Notes: generated by a model from the sequence alone, not told the origin. Positions 38,361 to 48,897 are shown, counted from the first letter of the stretch. The stretch: 64,000 bases of DNA from an uncultured Thermoanaerobaculia bacterium (GCA_951812325.1 OX638294.1:1138527-1202526); one strand, 5' to 3'. A program made the numbers and translations.

Positions 38361-39257
38361 TCAGGTTCCTCTCATTCGGGGGTCCAGCAGGTCGCGCAAC
38401 GCATCCCCGAAGACGTTTGCCGAGTAGACCACGACGGTAAGGCAGACGCCCGGCGCCAGCGCCAGCCACGGCCCCAGGTAAAGGTAGGTGCGGCCGTCGC
38501 CGCTCAGCATGCCGCCCCAGGTCGGCGCCGGCGGCGGCACGCCGAGACCCAGAAACGAAAGCGCCGCCTCCGACAGGATGACGGCGCCGACCCGGGTCGT
38601 GAACAGGACGATGACGACCGGCATCACGTTGGGCAGGATGTGACGACGCAGGATGTGGAAGGTTCCCGCGCCAATCGACTGGGCGGCGTGGGTGTAGACG
38701 TGCTCGCGCACCGAGGTCACCGCGCCGCGCACGATCCGCGATCCGGCGATGCCGTAGAGCAGCCCCAGGATGATGACGATCTGGATGATTCCCGGACCGA
38801 CCACGGACACGACGACAATCAGGAGCACGAGGTCCGGAAAGGTCATCCAGGCGTCCACCAAGCGCTGCGTCAGCATGTCGAACCAGCCGCCGAGGTAGCC
38901 CGACAGCACGCCGATCACGATCGACACGACGGTGGCCAGGGCGGCGGCGCAGAAGCCGACGATCATCGATAGCCGCGCGCCCATCAGGACCCGCGAGAAG
39001 AGGTCGCGGCCGAGGTGGTCCGTGCCGAGCAGGAACTGCGTGGACGGCGGCTCGAGCCGATGCGCCAGATCGGTCTCGTTGATGCCGTATGGCGCGAGCA
39101 CGCCGGCAAAGATCCCGCTCAGCAGGAAGATGACGAAGACGACGGCGCCGGCGGCGCCCAGCGGCTTGGTCCGGAACAGGCGGACGACAAAACGCCGCCA
39201 CCGCGACTCGCCCCGCCCCGGCAAAGGGTCGGTTCCGGCTGCGGCAACGGTGGTCAT
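38361..39257 (-). CDS. oppC: Oligopeptide ABC transporter permease OppC/DppC-like
   Basis: 298 aa with a BPD_transp_1 pattern and an N-terminal OppC-type extension. Confidence 0.85.
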   Translation of the reverse strand: MTTVAAAGTDPLPGRGESRWRRFVVRLFRTKPLGAAGAVVFVIFLLSGIFAGVLAPYGINETDLAHRLEPPSTQFLLGTDHLGRDLFSRVLMGARLSMIVGFCAAALATVVSIVIGVLSGYLGGWFDMLTQRLVDAWMTFPDLVLLIVVVSVVGPGIIQIVIILGLLYGIAGSRIVRGAVTSVREHVYTHAAQSIGAGTFHILRRHILPNVMPVVIVLFTTRVGAVILSEAALSFLGLGVPPPAPTWGGMLSGDGRTYLYLGPWLALAPGVCLTVVVYSANVFGDALRDLLDPRMRGT

Positions 39258-39264
39258 GCCGCGC

Positions 39265-40215
39265 TCATCCGTAGCGCACCTTCGGATCGAGCCAGCCGTA
39301 GCTCAGGTCGACCAGCAGGTTGATCAGGAGCACCGCGACGCCCACGACCAGGAAGACGCCCGAGATCACCGGGTAGTCCCGCTCGTAGACGCCCTCGAGC
39401 AACAGCAGCCCCATGCCGGGGATGACGAAGATCTGCTCCATCACGACGGCGCCGCCGATCAGCAGCGGCGCCTGCAGCCCGATCAACGTGACCACCGGAA
39501 TCAGCCCGTTCTTCAGCGCATGCCGGACGACGACCGCCCGCTCCCTCAGACCCTTGGCCCGCGCGGTGCGCACGTAGTCCTGACGCATCACCTCGAGCAT
39601 CATCGTCCGCGTCATCCGCATCGTGATCGCCGACATCGACAGTCCGAGCAGGATCGCCGGCACGATCAGGTGGGTCAGGTTGGCGACCGGGTCGACGAGA
39701 AACGGCGTGTACTCGAGTTCCGGCGCCCACCGCCACCAGACGGACGGAAAGACCATGACCAGGGTGCCTAGCCAGAACCCGGGGATGGCCAGCATGACGA
39801 GCGAGAACGACCGCGCCGCGTAGTCGAGAGTGGAGTCCTGCCGGGTGGCCGAGAAGATGCCGACCGGCACGGCGACGGACAACGCGACGACGAGTGCCAG
39901 GAACCCGAGTTCGAACGTCACCGGCAGCCGTTCCAGGATCTGCTCCGTCACCGGCGTGCTGCGCCAGAGCGACTGGCCGAGATCGCCCTGCAGCGCGCTG
40001 CCCGCCCAGCGAACGTACTGCGAGGCCATCGGCTGATCGAGCCCCATCGCCGCCTCGAGGGCCTCCCGATCGAGGGAGGTCGAGACGTCGTTCTGCGCCA
40101 GCATCAGATCGATCACGTCGCCGGGGATGACCCGCATCGAGACGAAGACGATCAGGCTGGCGAAGAACAGCGTCGGCGCCATTGCCAGCAGACGTCGCAG
40201 GATGTATGTCTTCAT
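39265..40215 (-). CDS. oppB: Oligopeptide ABC transporter permease OppB/DppB-like
   Basis: 316 aa: MKTYILRRLLAMAPTLFFASLIVFVSMRVIPGD is the typical OppB N-terminus. Confidence 0.85.
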   Translation of the reverse strand: MKTYILRRLLAMAPTLFFASLIVFVSMRVIPGDVIDLMLAQNDVSTSLDREALEAAMGLDQPMASQYVRWAGSALQGDLGQSLWRSTPVTEQILERLPVTFELGFLALVVALSVAVPVGIFSATRQDSTLDYAARSFSLVMLAIPGFWLGTLVMVFPSVWWRWAPELEYTPFLVDPVANLTHLIVPAILLGLSMSAITMRMTRTMMLEVMRQDYVRTARAKGLRERAVVVRHALKNGLIPVVTLIGLQAPLLIGGAVVMEQIFVIPGMGLLLLEGVYERDYPVISGVFLVVGVAVLLINLLVDLSYGWLDPKVRYG

Positions 40216-40443
40216 GTAAGGCGTCAGAGAATACAGGTGCGCGGAACCTGTCGGGGACGCCGGCGTCCCCGAAGGGCGACAGATGCCCGGTCAACCTCCG
40301 CCAACAGCGTGCTCGCCCATGCCCCAACTCCGCTTCGTCTCCGGCGCGCAGCCTCGCTGGGGGCCTTCTCCCGCGGGCGATGCGCCTGTCAACTCAAGGA
40401 CTCGGCCCCGACTTCGGAATGGCTCTGATCCTCAATGGCCCTG

Positions 40444-40524
40444 GCAGCCCGTGGCAGAAGTCGCGCTGCATTCGAGCGGCCATGCATCCCGCCCGGCATC
40501 GTTGCTCCTCGGTCGAACATGGCA
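40444..40524. repeat. About 80-bp conserved element (copy 2), in the divergent region between oppB and the Uma2 gene
   Basis: Same sequence as 36399-36479 with 1-2 mismatches. It is immediately followed by TATAAT and the ATG of the Uma2 gene. Confidence 0.8.
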
Positions 40525-40539
40525 GCGGCAGAACGTATA

Positions 40540-41583
40540 ATGACTCCGATGGTTGACCCCGCCCATTCCCCGGTTTCGTCGTCGCCGCATGAAGCGCGCA
40601 CCGACCCGGAGGCGACGCCCCTGGACCCGGCCGACTTTCCCGGCTGCAGGGCGATTCACATTCCGCGTAGCGAGATCGAGGACTACGAGGGACGCCTGGA
40701 GTACTGGGAGGCGCGCACGGAGACCGCGATGGTCGTGTGCGAGCCCACGACGCGCTTTCACGAGCAGCCTTCCCATCAGTTGGCTGGACTGACACGGCTG
40801 ATCGCCGCGTCCCGCGGATCGCTGATCCCGGCCTACGGAACGACCGATCTGGGCAAGTTCGACGACCAGGGCAGGTTCAGGGTGTTGATGCAGGCGGACC
40901 AGATTCTCTATCTCCACCCCTCACCCCCCGAGGAGTTGACGCCGCGGGTCGACGTGGACCGCGACGACCTCCCCGACGTGATCCTCGAAGTCGACTACTC
41001 CACCGACGTCCGCGTCCGCAAGCTGCCGCTCTACGAAGCCTGGGGCTTCCCCGAGGTCTGGGTCGACGTGCCCGACGCGCGCTATCCCCGTCGCCCCAGG
41101 TCCCGCCTGTCCGGCCTGACGATTCACCTGCTCGAAGACGGCCGCTTTCGGGAAGCCCGGAGCAGCCGCGCCTTCCCCGGCTGGACCGCTGAGGAGATCC
41201 ACCGGGCGCTCAACGAACATTCCACGTCACCGTCGACGGCCGCCGCGCTGCACCGCGTCGGCGCCGCCCTGGGCGCAGCCGAAGGCACCGGACCGGACGA
41301 CGATTCCTGGTTGCGGCGCCACCGCGAGGAAGGACACAACGAAGGCCTGAACCGGGGCCTGGAGCAGGGCCGTGCGCAGGGCCTGGAGCAGGGCCGAGCC
41401 GAAGCCCGGGCCAACACGGTCGCCGCTCTGCTGGAGGAACGGGGCATCCTGACCTCCACTGCCTTTCCGGAGCGGCTGGGGGAACTCGGACCGATCCCGG
41501 AACCCGACCTGATCCGCGCCGCTCTGAGGTGCGCCAGCGAAACGGAGTTCCTGGAGCTCTGCGCACGACGCAGGCCGAACTGA
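40540..41583 (+). CDS. Uma2-family (DUF820, PD-(D/E)xK-like) putative endonuclease with a repetitive C-terminal extension
   Basis: The core PDVILEVDYSTDVRVRKLPLYEAWGFPEVWVDVPD matches the Uma2 signature (PDLVIEVLSPS...Y...G..EYWIVD). The C-terminus has GLNRGLEQGRAQGLEQGRAEARA repeats. The ATG at about 40540 is preferred, because the longer ORF start lies inside the 80-bp repeat. Confidence 0.65.
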   Translation: MTPMVDPAHSPVSSSPHEARTDPEATPLDPADFPGCRAIHIPRSEIEDYEGRLEYWEARTETAMVVCEPTTRFHEQPSHQLAGLTRLIAASRGSLIPAYGTTDLGKFDDQGRFRVLMQADQILYLHPSPPEELTPRVDVDRDDLPDVILEVDYSTDVRVRKLPLYEAWGFPEVWVDVPDARYPRRPRSRLSGLTIHLLEDGRFREARSSRAFPGWTAEEIHRALNEHSTSPSTAAALHRVGAALGAAEGTGPDDDSWLRRHREEGHNEGLNRGLEQGRAQGLEQGRAEARANTVAALLEERGILTSTAFPERLGELGPIPEPDLIRAALRCASETEFLELCARRRPN

Positions 41584-41979
41584 CGCTCGCGGGTCGCCGC
41601 CCGCCCGGTGCGCCCGCGGCGCCGGCGAGCCGGGCAACGAGACTCAGGGGCGACGTGCCATTCGAGAAGCGGGCCCGCGTCGGCTCGTGGATGCCGCCGA
41701 GCCATGGCCCGGCTCCTTGGGCGCGGTCGGAAAGCACGAAGTCCACCGCCACGTTGCCCGACAGGAAACGGCGAACCTCCTCAAGTGTCTGATGCCCGTG
41801 GGTCTGGAGAGTCAAGGTCATTTTCCGATGATCCCCGATCCCACCCGGCTCACGCTTGTGTGTTCCACTTCAGGCCGAGGGAGGTTGATGTCAGGACGCT
41901 CACTTCTCGCTGGACAGCTCTGCCGACGCTACGGGGGCTGTTGGCTTGTATCCTGCATTCACTCCTTTCACCCTTTGCG

Positions 41980-44328
41980 ATGATGGCCAGAAACACCGAC
42001 AACCGGCGCCGACGGCGACGCCCGCAATGCGTTCGATCGGCAGCGCTGATTGCCAGCGTGCTCGGCTGCACCCTCTTCCTGCCCGCCGGAAAACCGGCAG
42101 GCGCCCAGGAACCCGTCGACCGGGAACAGCCCTCGACCGCGGCCACGGTCGATCCGATCGACGCGATCCCCGGCATCTGGATTCGCGACGAACGGCTGAG
42201 CGAGGACCCGATCGAGAAGCTGGAGGAGGCCTACGGCCAGACCTTCGGCGGCGGGCCGGGCCGGTCGCCGGGCGCGAACCCGGGCAGCGGACGCACCGGC
42301 AGCTTCGGCCGCGGCGGCCAGGGCGGTTTCGGCGGCGGCCGCGGCCGCGGCGGATTCGGCCGTGGCTCGGGCAGACAGCCGGGCGGCACGCAGGACGGCC
42401 CGTCGGGGATGCGCGAGATGGCGCGGGACCTCGCGGAGCGCCTGGACGTGCTGCTGATCCGCATCGACGACCCCCAGGTCCTCATCCGCAACGCGAAGCG
42501 CGAGGACCGCATTCTCTTCCTCGACGGCCGCGAAATCGCCGACGGTTTCGGCGGTCGCAGCCGTGCCCGCCTGCTCGGCGACTCGCTCGAAGTGGAGACG
42601 TCCTCCCAGGGGCGGCAGCGGATCGAGACCTTCTACCTGGAGGCGGACCGGCTCGTCCTCGTGACCGACCTGCAGGGAGGACGCTTCGCCGATCTCTCCT
42701 TTCGTACCGTCTACGAGCGTTCAGGCGACGCGCCGCCCCCACCGACGCCGGCGCCCACGACCGCGGCCCGGGCAAACGACGCCGCTCCAGGACCCGACGC
42801 AGACGTTTTCGCCGCCGAAGGGAGCGAGGTCGGCGTCCCTGCCGACTTCAACAGGGCGGACCACCTGCCGCCGGTCCGAGGCGCCGCAGAGCGAGGGACG
42901 GAACGCGCCGACACCTCTCGCAGCGCCCGGCCGGCGACGATCCGCATTCTGCCGCCCGAGAAGGGCCACCGGGAACTCCTGAGCGGCCGCGTCCTCATCC
43001 AGACCCTCACGATCGACCCGCAGATCGCCGTCGTCGAGTTTCTGATCGACGGCGAGCCGGCGGCCCGGGTCACGACGCCGCCGTTCGAGGCGCGGGTCCG
43101 CCTCGCCGATCCGCCCCGCGAGCAGACCATCGAGGCCAGGGCAACGAGTGCCCGCGGCGCCCGCGCGGGAGCCGACCGGATCGTTGTGAACCGCCTCGAT
43201 CCCCCGTTCGCGGTGCGCATCACCGGCATCACTCCTGATGAGACCGGCGGCCGGGCAACCGTCCGCGTGGAGGCCGGCATCTCGGTGCCGCGCTCCGAAA
43301 CGCTGGAACGCGTCGAGTTCTACCGCACGGAACGGCTGGCCGCTTCGTTCGACGATTTCGAGGGCGAGGCCGGGCCCAGCGGCGTGCGCTCGCTGGCGGC
43401 CGACGTGCCGACCGCCGGCGTGTCGTCCGAGGACTTCGTCCGCGTCGTGGCGCGCCTCGGCGACGGCCGCGAGCTCGAAGACGTCGAACTGCTCCAGGGC
43501 GCCGAGTTCAGCAGCGAGATCGACGTCCAGCTCGTCCAGCTCCAGGTTCTGGTCGTCGACCGCGGCGGCAACCCCGTTGCCGGCCTCGGGCCCGAGGACT
43601 TCGAAGTCCGGGAGGACGGTGAGCCGCGCCAGGTGGAGAACCTCTACGTCTCGGACGACGTGCCCCTTTCGCTCGGTCTTGCGATCGACTCCTCCGGCAG
43701 CATGGAGCCCATCTGGCGGCAGACGAACGCGATCGCAGCGGCGTTCTTCGACGGCGCGCTGACCTGGCGCGACCAGGCGTTCCTGGTCGATTTCGACTCC
43801 ACCCTGCGCCTCGTGCAGCCACTCACCGGGAGCAAGCCGCTGCTGGCCCGCGGCCTGGAACGGCTCTTCCCGCAGGGCAAGACCGCCCTTCACGACGCAA
43901 TCCTGTTCTCGCTGCTCCAGTACGGCGACGCGCCGGGCCGGCGCGCCCTGGTCGTCGTCACGGACGGCTACGACTCGAACAGCCGCTCCGACCCCACCCG
44001 GGCGATCGACTTCGGCAAGCGCCTCGGCGTCCCCGTCTACGTCGTCGCCATGCGCTCCGTCGGATTCGGCCCAACGACGATGGAGGACGCGAACCTCCGC
44101 AACACCATGCGGCTGATCACGGGGCCGACCGGCGGCCGCCTGTTCCAGATCGAGTCGATCGACCAGATGGCGCGCGTGTTCGACCACATCGAGAAGGAAC
44201 TCCGGCGGCAGTACGTGCTGACCTACTACAGCGAGCGCCCGTTCGGCGCCGCCGTGGAACCCGACGTGCGCGTGCAACGGAAGGGGCTCAAGGTACGGAG
44301 CGCCCTGCCGCTTGGGGCGATCGAGTAG
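41980..44328 (+). CDS. Secreted multidomain protein with a C-terminal von Willebrand factor A domain (paralogue 1)
   Basis: Signal peptide after MMARNTDNRRRRRRP. Gly/Arg-rich low-complexity segment. Central beta-sandwich-like repeats. C-terminal VWA with a DxSxS MIDAS motif (LAIDSSGSM) and VVVTDG. Confidence 0.7.
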   Translation: MMARNTDNRRRRRRPQCVRSAALIASVLGCTLFLPAGKPAGAQEPVDREQPSTAATVDPIDAIPGIWIRDERLSEDPIEKLEEAYGQTFGGGPGRSPGANPGSGRTGSFGRGGQGGFGGGRGRGGFGRGSGRQPGGTQDGPSGMREMARDLAERLDVLLIRIDDPQVLIRNAKREDRILFLDGREIADGFGGRSRARLLGDSLEVETSSQGRQRIETFYLEADRLVLVTDLQGGRFADLSFRTVYERSGDAPPPPTPAPTTAARANDAAPGPDADVFAAEGSEVGVPADFNRADHLPPVRGAAERGTERADTSRSARPATIRILPPEKGHRELLSGRVLIQTLTIDPQIAVVEFLIDGEPAARVTTPPFEARVRLADPPREQTIEARATSARGARAGADRIVVNRLDPPFAVRITGITPDETGGRATVRVEAGISVPRSETLERVEFYRTERLAASFDDFEGEAGPSGVRSLAADVPTAGVSSEDFVRVVARLGDGRELEDVELLQGAEFSSEIDVQLVQLQVLVVDRGGNPVAGLGPEDFEVREDGEPRQVENLYVSDDVPLSLGLAIDSSGSMEPIWRQTNAIAAAFFDGALTWRDQAFLVDFDSTLRLVQPLTGSKPLLARGLERLFPQGKTALHDAILFSLLQYGDAPGRRALVVVTDGYDSNSRSDPTRAIDFGKRLGVPVYVVAMRSVGFGPTTMEDANLRNTMRLITGPTGGRLFQIESIDQMARVFDHIEKELRRQYVLTYYSERPFGAAVEPDVRVQRKGLKVRSALPLGAIE

Positions 44329-44348
44329 CCGGCGGGGAGCGAACGCCC

Positions 44349-46559
44349 GTGACGGCCACAGCACGACTTCGACACGTTCACGACCATCATGGATGGCGGC
44401 GGCGGTTCGCGTCGCTCCCGGTGAGGGCCACAACACCACCTCGACACGTTCTCGCCGGACGGATCCGATTTGCCGCGCTTGTCCTCGCCCTGTGCTTCCC
44501 GACCCTGGATCCGGTCGGCGCCCAGGATCCTTCGATACCGGACAGGCTTGACATGCAACTACTCGAACGGCTTCTGGATCTCGAAAACGCCCGCGACCCC
44601 TCCGGTGTCGGACAGGCTCGATCGCAGCTGCTCGACCGGCTTGCCGATCTGGCCGGTCCCTGGATCAGGAACGAGCAGGCGAGTGAGGATCCGCGCCTCG
44701 AGGTCGAGCGAATGGGGCTCGCACCGGAGGACGCTTCGCCGACGGTCCACGAACTGGCGGAGGCCCTCGCCGACCGCTACGGCACGGTCATGATCCGGCT
44801 TTTCGAAGACGCCGTGGCGCTTCTCGACAGTCGCGGAGGCACGCGGGTCCTGTCCCTCGACGGCCGCCGGCATCCCCTCGGCCGCGGCGTCGGCGGGCGC
44901 GTTCTCGAGACCGAGGACAGACTGGCGATCAAGATGGTCGGCGCGGGTTGGCAACGTCTCGATGCCTTCTTCAAGCAGCAGGGCCGGCTCGTACGGACAA
45001 CCGAGCTCGTGGTCCGTTCGCAACCCTCGGTGAAGTTCCGCACGATCTACGACCGTCCGCAGGGCGATGCCGCCTCGGATCCGCGCCATGCCCGGTCTCG
45101 CGGCTCGGCCCCGTCGACCGCCCTCCGGATCGTGCCGCCGGACCGGAGGTTAGGCGAACGGCTGCGCGGCAGAGTCGAAATCCAGACCCTGATCATCGAT
45201 CCGCTGGTCGCTGAGGTGGAGTTCTTCCTCGACGGCAAACGGATCAGGCGAGCCAGGAGGCCGCCGTTCACGACCCGCATCGTCCTCGCCGACCCGCCTC
45301 GGGAACAGAGGCTCGAAGCTCTGGCCCGGGACCGGGAAGGCTCGTACCGCGGCAGCGACGAGATCGTCCTGAACCAGATCGACAGGCTGTTTGCCGTCCG
45401 CCTTGCGCAAATCCGGAGCGTGCAGGCGAACGGGGTTCCCGCGATCCGGGTTGCCGCCTCCGTTTCCCTGCCGGGCTCGGCGACGCTCCAGCGGGTCGAG
45501 TTCTACCGCAGCGAGCATCTCGTGGCGACACGGCACAGCTTCGACGGAGAAGGAACGCCCGGCACGGCCCGGACCGTTGCCGTCGAGGCGTTGATCGAGG
45601 AAGGACGGCCGGACGACTTCATCCGCGTCGTGGCCAGGCTCGCCGACGGCCGCGAGCGGGAAGACGCGAAACTCCTGCAGGGAAGCGAGATCGACATCCG
45701 GCTGGTTCAGTTTCAGGTGCTGGTGACCGACCACGACGGGAATCCCGCCGGCCGGCTCTCGCCGGAGCACTTCGCCATCCGGGAGCAGGGGATGGAGCCC
45801 CGGGCCGTCGACGTCCACACCGCCAGGGACGTTGGTCTCGTTCTGGGTCTGGCGATCGATTCGTCCGACAGCATGCTGCCTACGTGGGGCCGCCTGAAAC
45901 AGATCGCCCGCGGCTTCCTCCGCTCCACACTGACACCGGGCGACCGGGCCTTCCTCGTCGACTTCGACGACACCGTGAGCCTCGCGCAACCACTGACCGG
46001 AGACCGGCAGCTGCTGTCCGCGCGGCTCGACCGCCTGATTCCGTTCGGCGGCACGGCTCTGAACGACGGCCTGCTGTTCGCCCTGCTCCAGTACCGCCGG
46101 GAGCCCGGCCGCCGCGCTCTCATCGTCGTCACGGACGGCTTCGATGAGCACAGCCGCTCCCGGCCCCATCAGTCCACCGACCTGGCAAGGCGCCTGGGGC
46201 TACCGATCTACTTCATCGAACTCGATGCCGCGGCCGAATCCGCAGCGACGTCGATCGACGGTTTCGTTGCCGCCAACCCCACGTCAGGACGGCAACGGCG
46301 CCAGGCGCGGAAACGGCTCATCGAGATCAGCGAACAGACCGGCGGTCGCCTCTTCCACATCGCAGTCGACGCCGGCACGACCGGATGGACCGACCGCATC
46401 AGAGAGGTCTTCGATCTGATCGAAGCGGATCTGCGGCGCCAACACGTGCTGACGTACTACAGAACCGAGCCGCTCGGCACGCCGATCGAGCCGGAGATCC
46501 GGATGACCCGTCAAGATCTCAAGCTGCGGAGCGTCGTGCCTCTCGAAGCGATCCAGTAG
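44349..46559 (+). CDS. Secreted multidomain protein with a C-terminal von Willebrand factor A domain (paralogue 2)
   Basis: Same architecture. LAIDSSDSM and IVVTDG. The central region aligns with paralogue 1 (RVEIQTLIIDPLVAEVEFFLDGK.. versus RVLIQTLTIDPQIAVVEFLIDGE..). Confidence 0.7.
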   Translation: MTATARLRHVHDHHGWRRRFASLPVRATTPPRHVLAGRIRFAALVLALCFPTLDPVGAQDPSIPDRLDMQLLERLLDLENARDPSGVGQARSQLLDRLADLAGPWIRNEQASEDPRLEVERMGLAPEDASPTVHELAEALADRYGTVMIRLFEDAVALLDSRGGTRVLSLDGRRHPLGRGVGGRVLETEDRLAIKMVGAGWQRLDAFFKQQGRLVRTTELVVRSQPSVKFRTIYDRPQGDAASDPRHARSRGSAPSTALRIVPPDRRLGERLRGRVEIQTLIIDPLVAEVEFFLDGKRIRRARRPPFTTRIVLADPPREQRLEALARDREGSYRGSDEIVLNQIDRLFAVRLAQIRSVQANGVPAIRVAASVSLPGSATLQRVEFYRSEHLVATRHSFDGEGTPGTARTVAVEALIEEGRPDDFIRVVARLADGREREDAKLLQGSEIDIRLVQFQVLVTDHDGNPAGRLSPEHFAIREQGMEPRAVDVHTARDVGLVLGLAIDSSDSMLPTWGRLKQIARGFLRSTLTPGDRAFLVDFDDTVSLAQPLTGDRQLLSARLDRLIPFGGTALNDGLLFALLQYRREPGRRALIVVTDGFDEHSRSRPHQSTDLARRLGLPIYFIELDAAAESAATSIDGFVAANPTSGRQRRQARKRLIEISEQTGGRLFHIAVDAGTTGWTDRIREVFDLIEADLRRQHVLTYYRTEPLGTPIEPEIRMTRQDLKLRSVVPLEAIQ

Positions 46560-46764
46560 CAGATGCTCGCGTTCTTCACCTTCTGGTTGCTCATGTCGAT
46601 CGCGTTCCTGGTCCTGATCATGGTCGACCAGGTGCGCGACCTCCGGCCGCCAAAGGACCGGAAGACACGGTGGTCCTGGCCGAGCCGAATCAGGAAACCG
46701 CAGAAGATGCGGCGTGGCGGAAGCGCCATCGACAGACAAGCGTCAGCAACAGGAAACAGATCGA

Positions 46765-48897
46765 ATGGCCCGGAGTGATGGGAAGAACACCGCGATGCGC
46801 TTGAGCCGGTCCGTAGCCGTCGAACGTCACGAGGAGCCGGGACTTGGAGTCGTCGGCGCGATCTGGATCGACAATCCGCCGGTCAACGCTCTGAGCCAGC
46901 ACGTGCGCGAGGGCCTCGCGGCGGCGGTGCCGGCAGTAGCCGACGATCCCGAGATGCAGGCCGCCGTGATCGTCTGCCGCGGCCGGACCTTCATCGCCGG
47001 CGCCGACATCCGCGAGTTCGGCAAGCCGCGGTTGCCCCCGGACACGAACGAAGTCCGTCGGATGATCGAGAAGTCACCCAAGCCGTTCGTCGCCGCAATC
47101 CACGGAACCGCGCTGGGCGGCGGACTGGAGATGGCGATGGCCTGCCACTTCCGGGTCGCCGACGCCAACGCACGGCTCGGCCTGCCCGAGGTCAAGCTCG
47201 GCATCCTGCCGGGCGGCGGCGGCACCCAGCGCCTGCCCCGCCTGGTCGGCGTACCGCGAGCGCTCGAGATGGTCACGAGCGGAGAACACATCACCGCAGC
47301 CGAAGCGCTGGACCTGGGCCTGATCGACGGCGTCGTCGATCGCCTCGCAAACACGAGTCCGGCTGTCGGCGCGTTCCGTTTCGCGCTCCGCGCCGTGGCC
47401 GAGGGCCGCGGCCTTCCCCGGGTCCGCGACATCGAGAGCCACCGCGCCGCCGTGCGGGAGAACCCGGGGATCTTCAGCGACTTCCGCCGCCGGATCGCCC
47501 GCAGGATCCGCGGGTTCAACGCTCCCGAGGTTTGCATCCAGTGCATCGAGGCGGCGGCCGAACTGCCGTTCGACGAGGGCCTCCTGCGGGAAGCGGAGCT
47601 GTCGCGGCAACTCCACGCGGACCCGCAGTCGCGGGCCCAGCGCTACTACTTCTTCGCCGAGCGAGCGGCGCGCAAGATCCCCGACGTTCCTGCGGACACG
47701 CCGGTTCGGGAGGTTGCCAGGGTCGGCGTCCTCGGCGCCGGCACGATGGGCGGCGGCATCTCGATGGCCTTCGCCAACGCCGGCCTGCAGGTTCAGATCG
47801 TCGAGCAGAGCCGCGAGGCGCTCGACCGGGGTCTCGCCACCGTGCGGCGCAACTACGACCGCAGCGCCTCCCGCGGACGCTTCACCCAGGAACAGGTCGA
47901 GGAGCGGATGGGCCTTCTTGCGGGCGGCACGGACCGGGACGCGCTCGCCGAATGCGACCTGGTGATCGAGGCCGTGTTCGAGGACATGGAGCTGAAGAAG
48001 AAGGTGTTCGCGGGACTCGACCGGATCGTCAGACCGGGCGCGTTGCTGGCAACGAACACGTCGTACCTCGACGTGAACGAGATCGCCGGCGAGACAAAAC
48101 GGCCCGAGGACGTCGTGGGCATGCACTTCTTCAGCCCCGCCAACGTGATGAAGCTGGTCGAAGTCGTTCGCGGCGAGAAGTCCGCGCCGGACGCGATCGC
48201 GACCGCCATGTCGATCTCCCGAACGATCGGCAAGGTTCCGGTTCCGGTCGGCGTCTGCCACGGCTTCGTCGGCAACAGGATGCTCTTCCAGCGCCGACTG
48301 CAGGCGGACCGCCTCGTGCTCGAGGGAGCGCTGCCCTGGGACATCGACCGCGTGCTCTACGACTTCGGCATGCCGATGGGGCCGTTCCGGATGAGCGATC
48401 TGGCAGGACTCGACGTGGGCTGGAACGCGGCGACATCGTCGTCCAGCACGTTGCGCGAGATGCTCTGCGAGCGCGACCGGCGGGGCCGGAAGACGGGCCG
48501 CGGCTACTACGTCCACGACTCGGCGACACGAGCCGCGGCGCCCGACCCGGAGGTGCTGGACCTCGCCCGGGAACTGGCCGAGCGGCTCGGCATCGAACAG
48601 CGCGAGATCGACGACGAGGAGATCCTGAACCGCTGCCTGCTCTCCTCCGTCAACGAAGGAGCGAAGATCCTCGAAGAGGGCATCGCGCTGCGCGCCAGCG
48701 ACATCGACGTCATCTGGATCAACGGCTACGGCTGGCCCGTCTACCGAGGCGGCCCCATGTTCTGGGCCGACGAGTTCGGCCTCGACAAGATCACGGGCAT
48801 CCTCGACGACTACGCCGCCCGCTTCGACCCCGACCAGTGGCGGGCTGCGCCGTTGCTCCGGGAAACCGCCGCTGACGGCGGCCGGCTCAGCGGCTAG
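46765..48897 (+). CDS. fadJ: Fatty-acid oxidation complex alpha subunit: enoyl-CoA hydratase plus 3-hydroxyacyl-CoA dehydrogenase (FadJ/FadB-like)
   Basis: N-terminal crotonase fold (GGGLEMAMACHFRVA) and a central NAD-binding motif GVLGAGTMGGGISMAFANAG. The start is uncertain among GTG 46714, ATG 46765 and ATG 46795. Confidence 0.85.
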   Translation: MARSDGKNTAMRLSRSVAVERHEEPGLGVVGAIWIDNPPVNALSQHVREGLAAAVPAVADDPEMQAAVIVCRGRTFIAGADIREFGKPRLPPDTNEVRRMIEKSPKPFVAAIHGTALGGGLEMAMACHFRVADANARLGLPEVKLGILPGGGGTQRLPRLVGVPRALEMVTSGEHITAAEALDLGLIDGVVDRLANTSPAVGAFRFALRAVAEGRGLPRVRDIESHRAAVRENPGIFSDFRRRIARRIRGFNAPEVCIQCIEAAAELPFDEGLLREAELSRQLHADPQSRAQRYYFFAERAARKIPDVPADTPVREVARVGVLGAGTMGGGISMAFANAGLQVQIVEQSREALDRGLATVRRNYDRSASRGRFTQEQVEERMGLLAGGTDRDALAECDLVIEAVFEDMELKKKVFAGLDRIVRPGALLATNTSYLDVNEIAGETKRPEDVVGMHFFSPANVMKLVEVVRGEKSAPDAIATAMSISRTIGKVPVPVGVCHGFVGNRMLFQRRLQADRLVLEGALPWDIDRVLYDFGMPMGPFRMSDLAGLDVGWNAATSSSSTLREMLCERDRRGRKTGRGYYVHDSATRAAAPDPEVLDLARELAERLGIEQREIDDEEILNRCLLSSVNEGAKILEEGIALRASDIDVIWINGYGWPVYRGGPMFWADEFGLDKITGILDDYAARFDPDQWRAAPLLRETAADGGRLSG

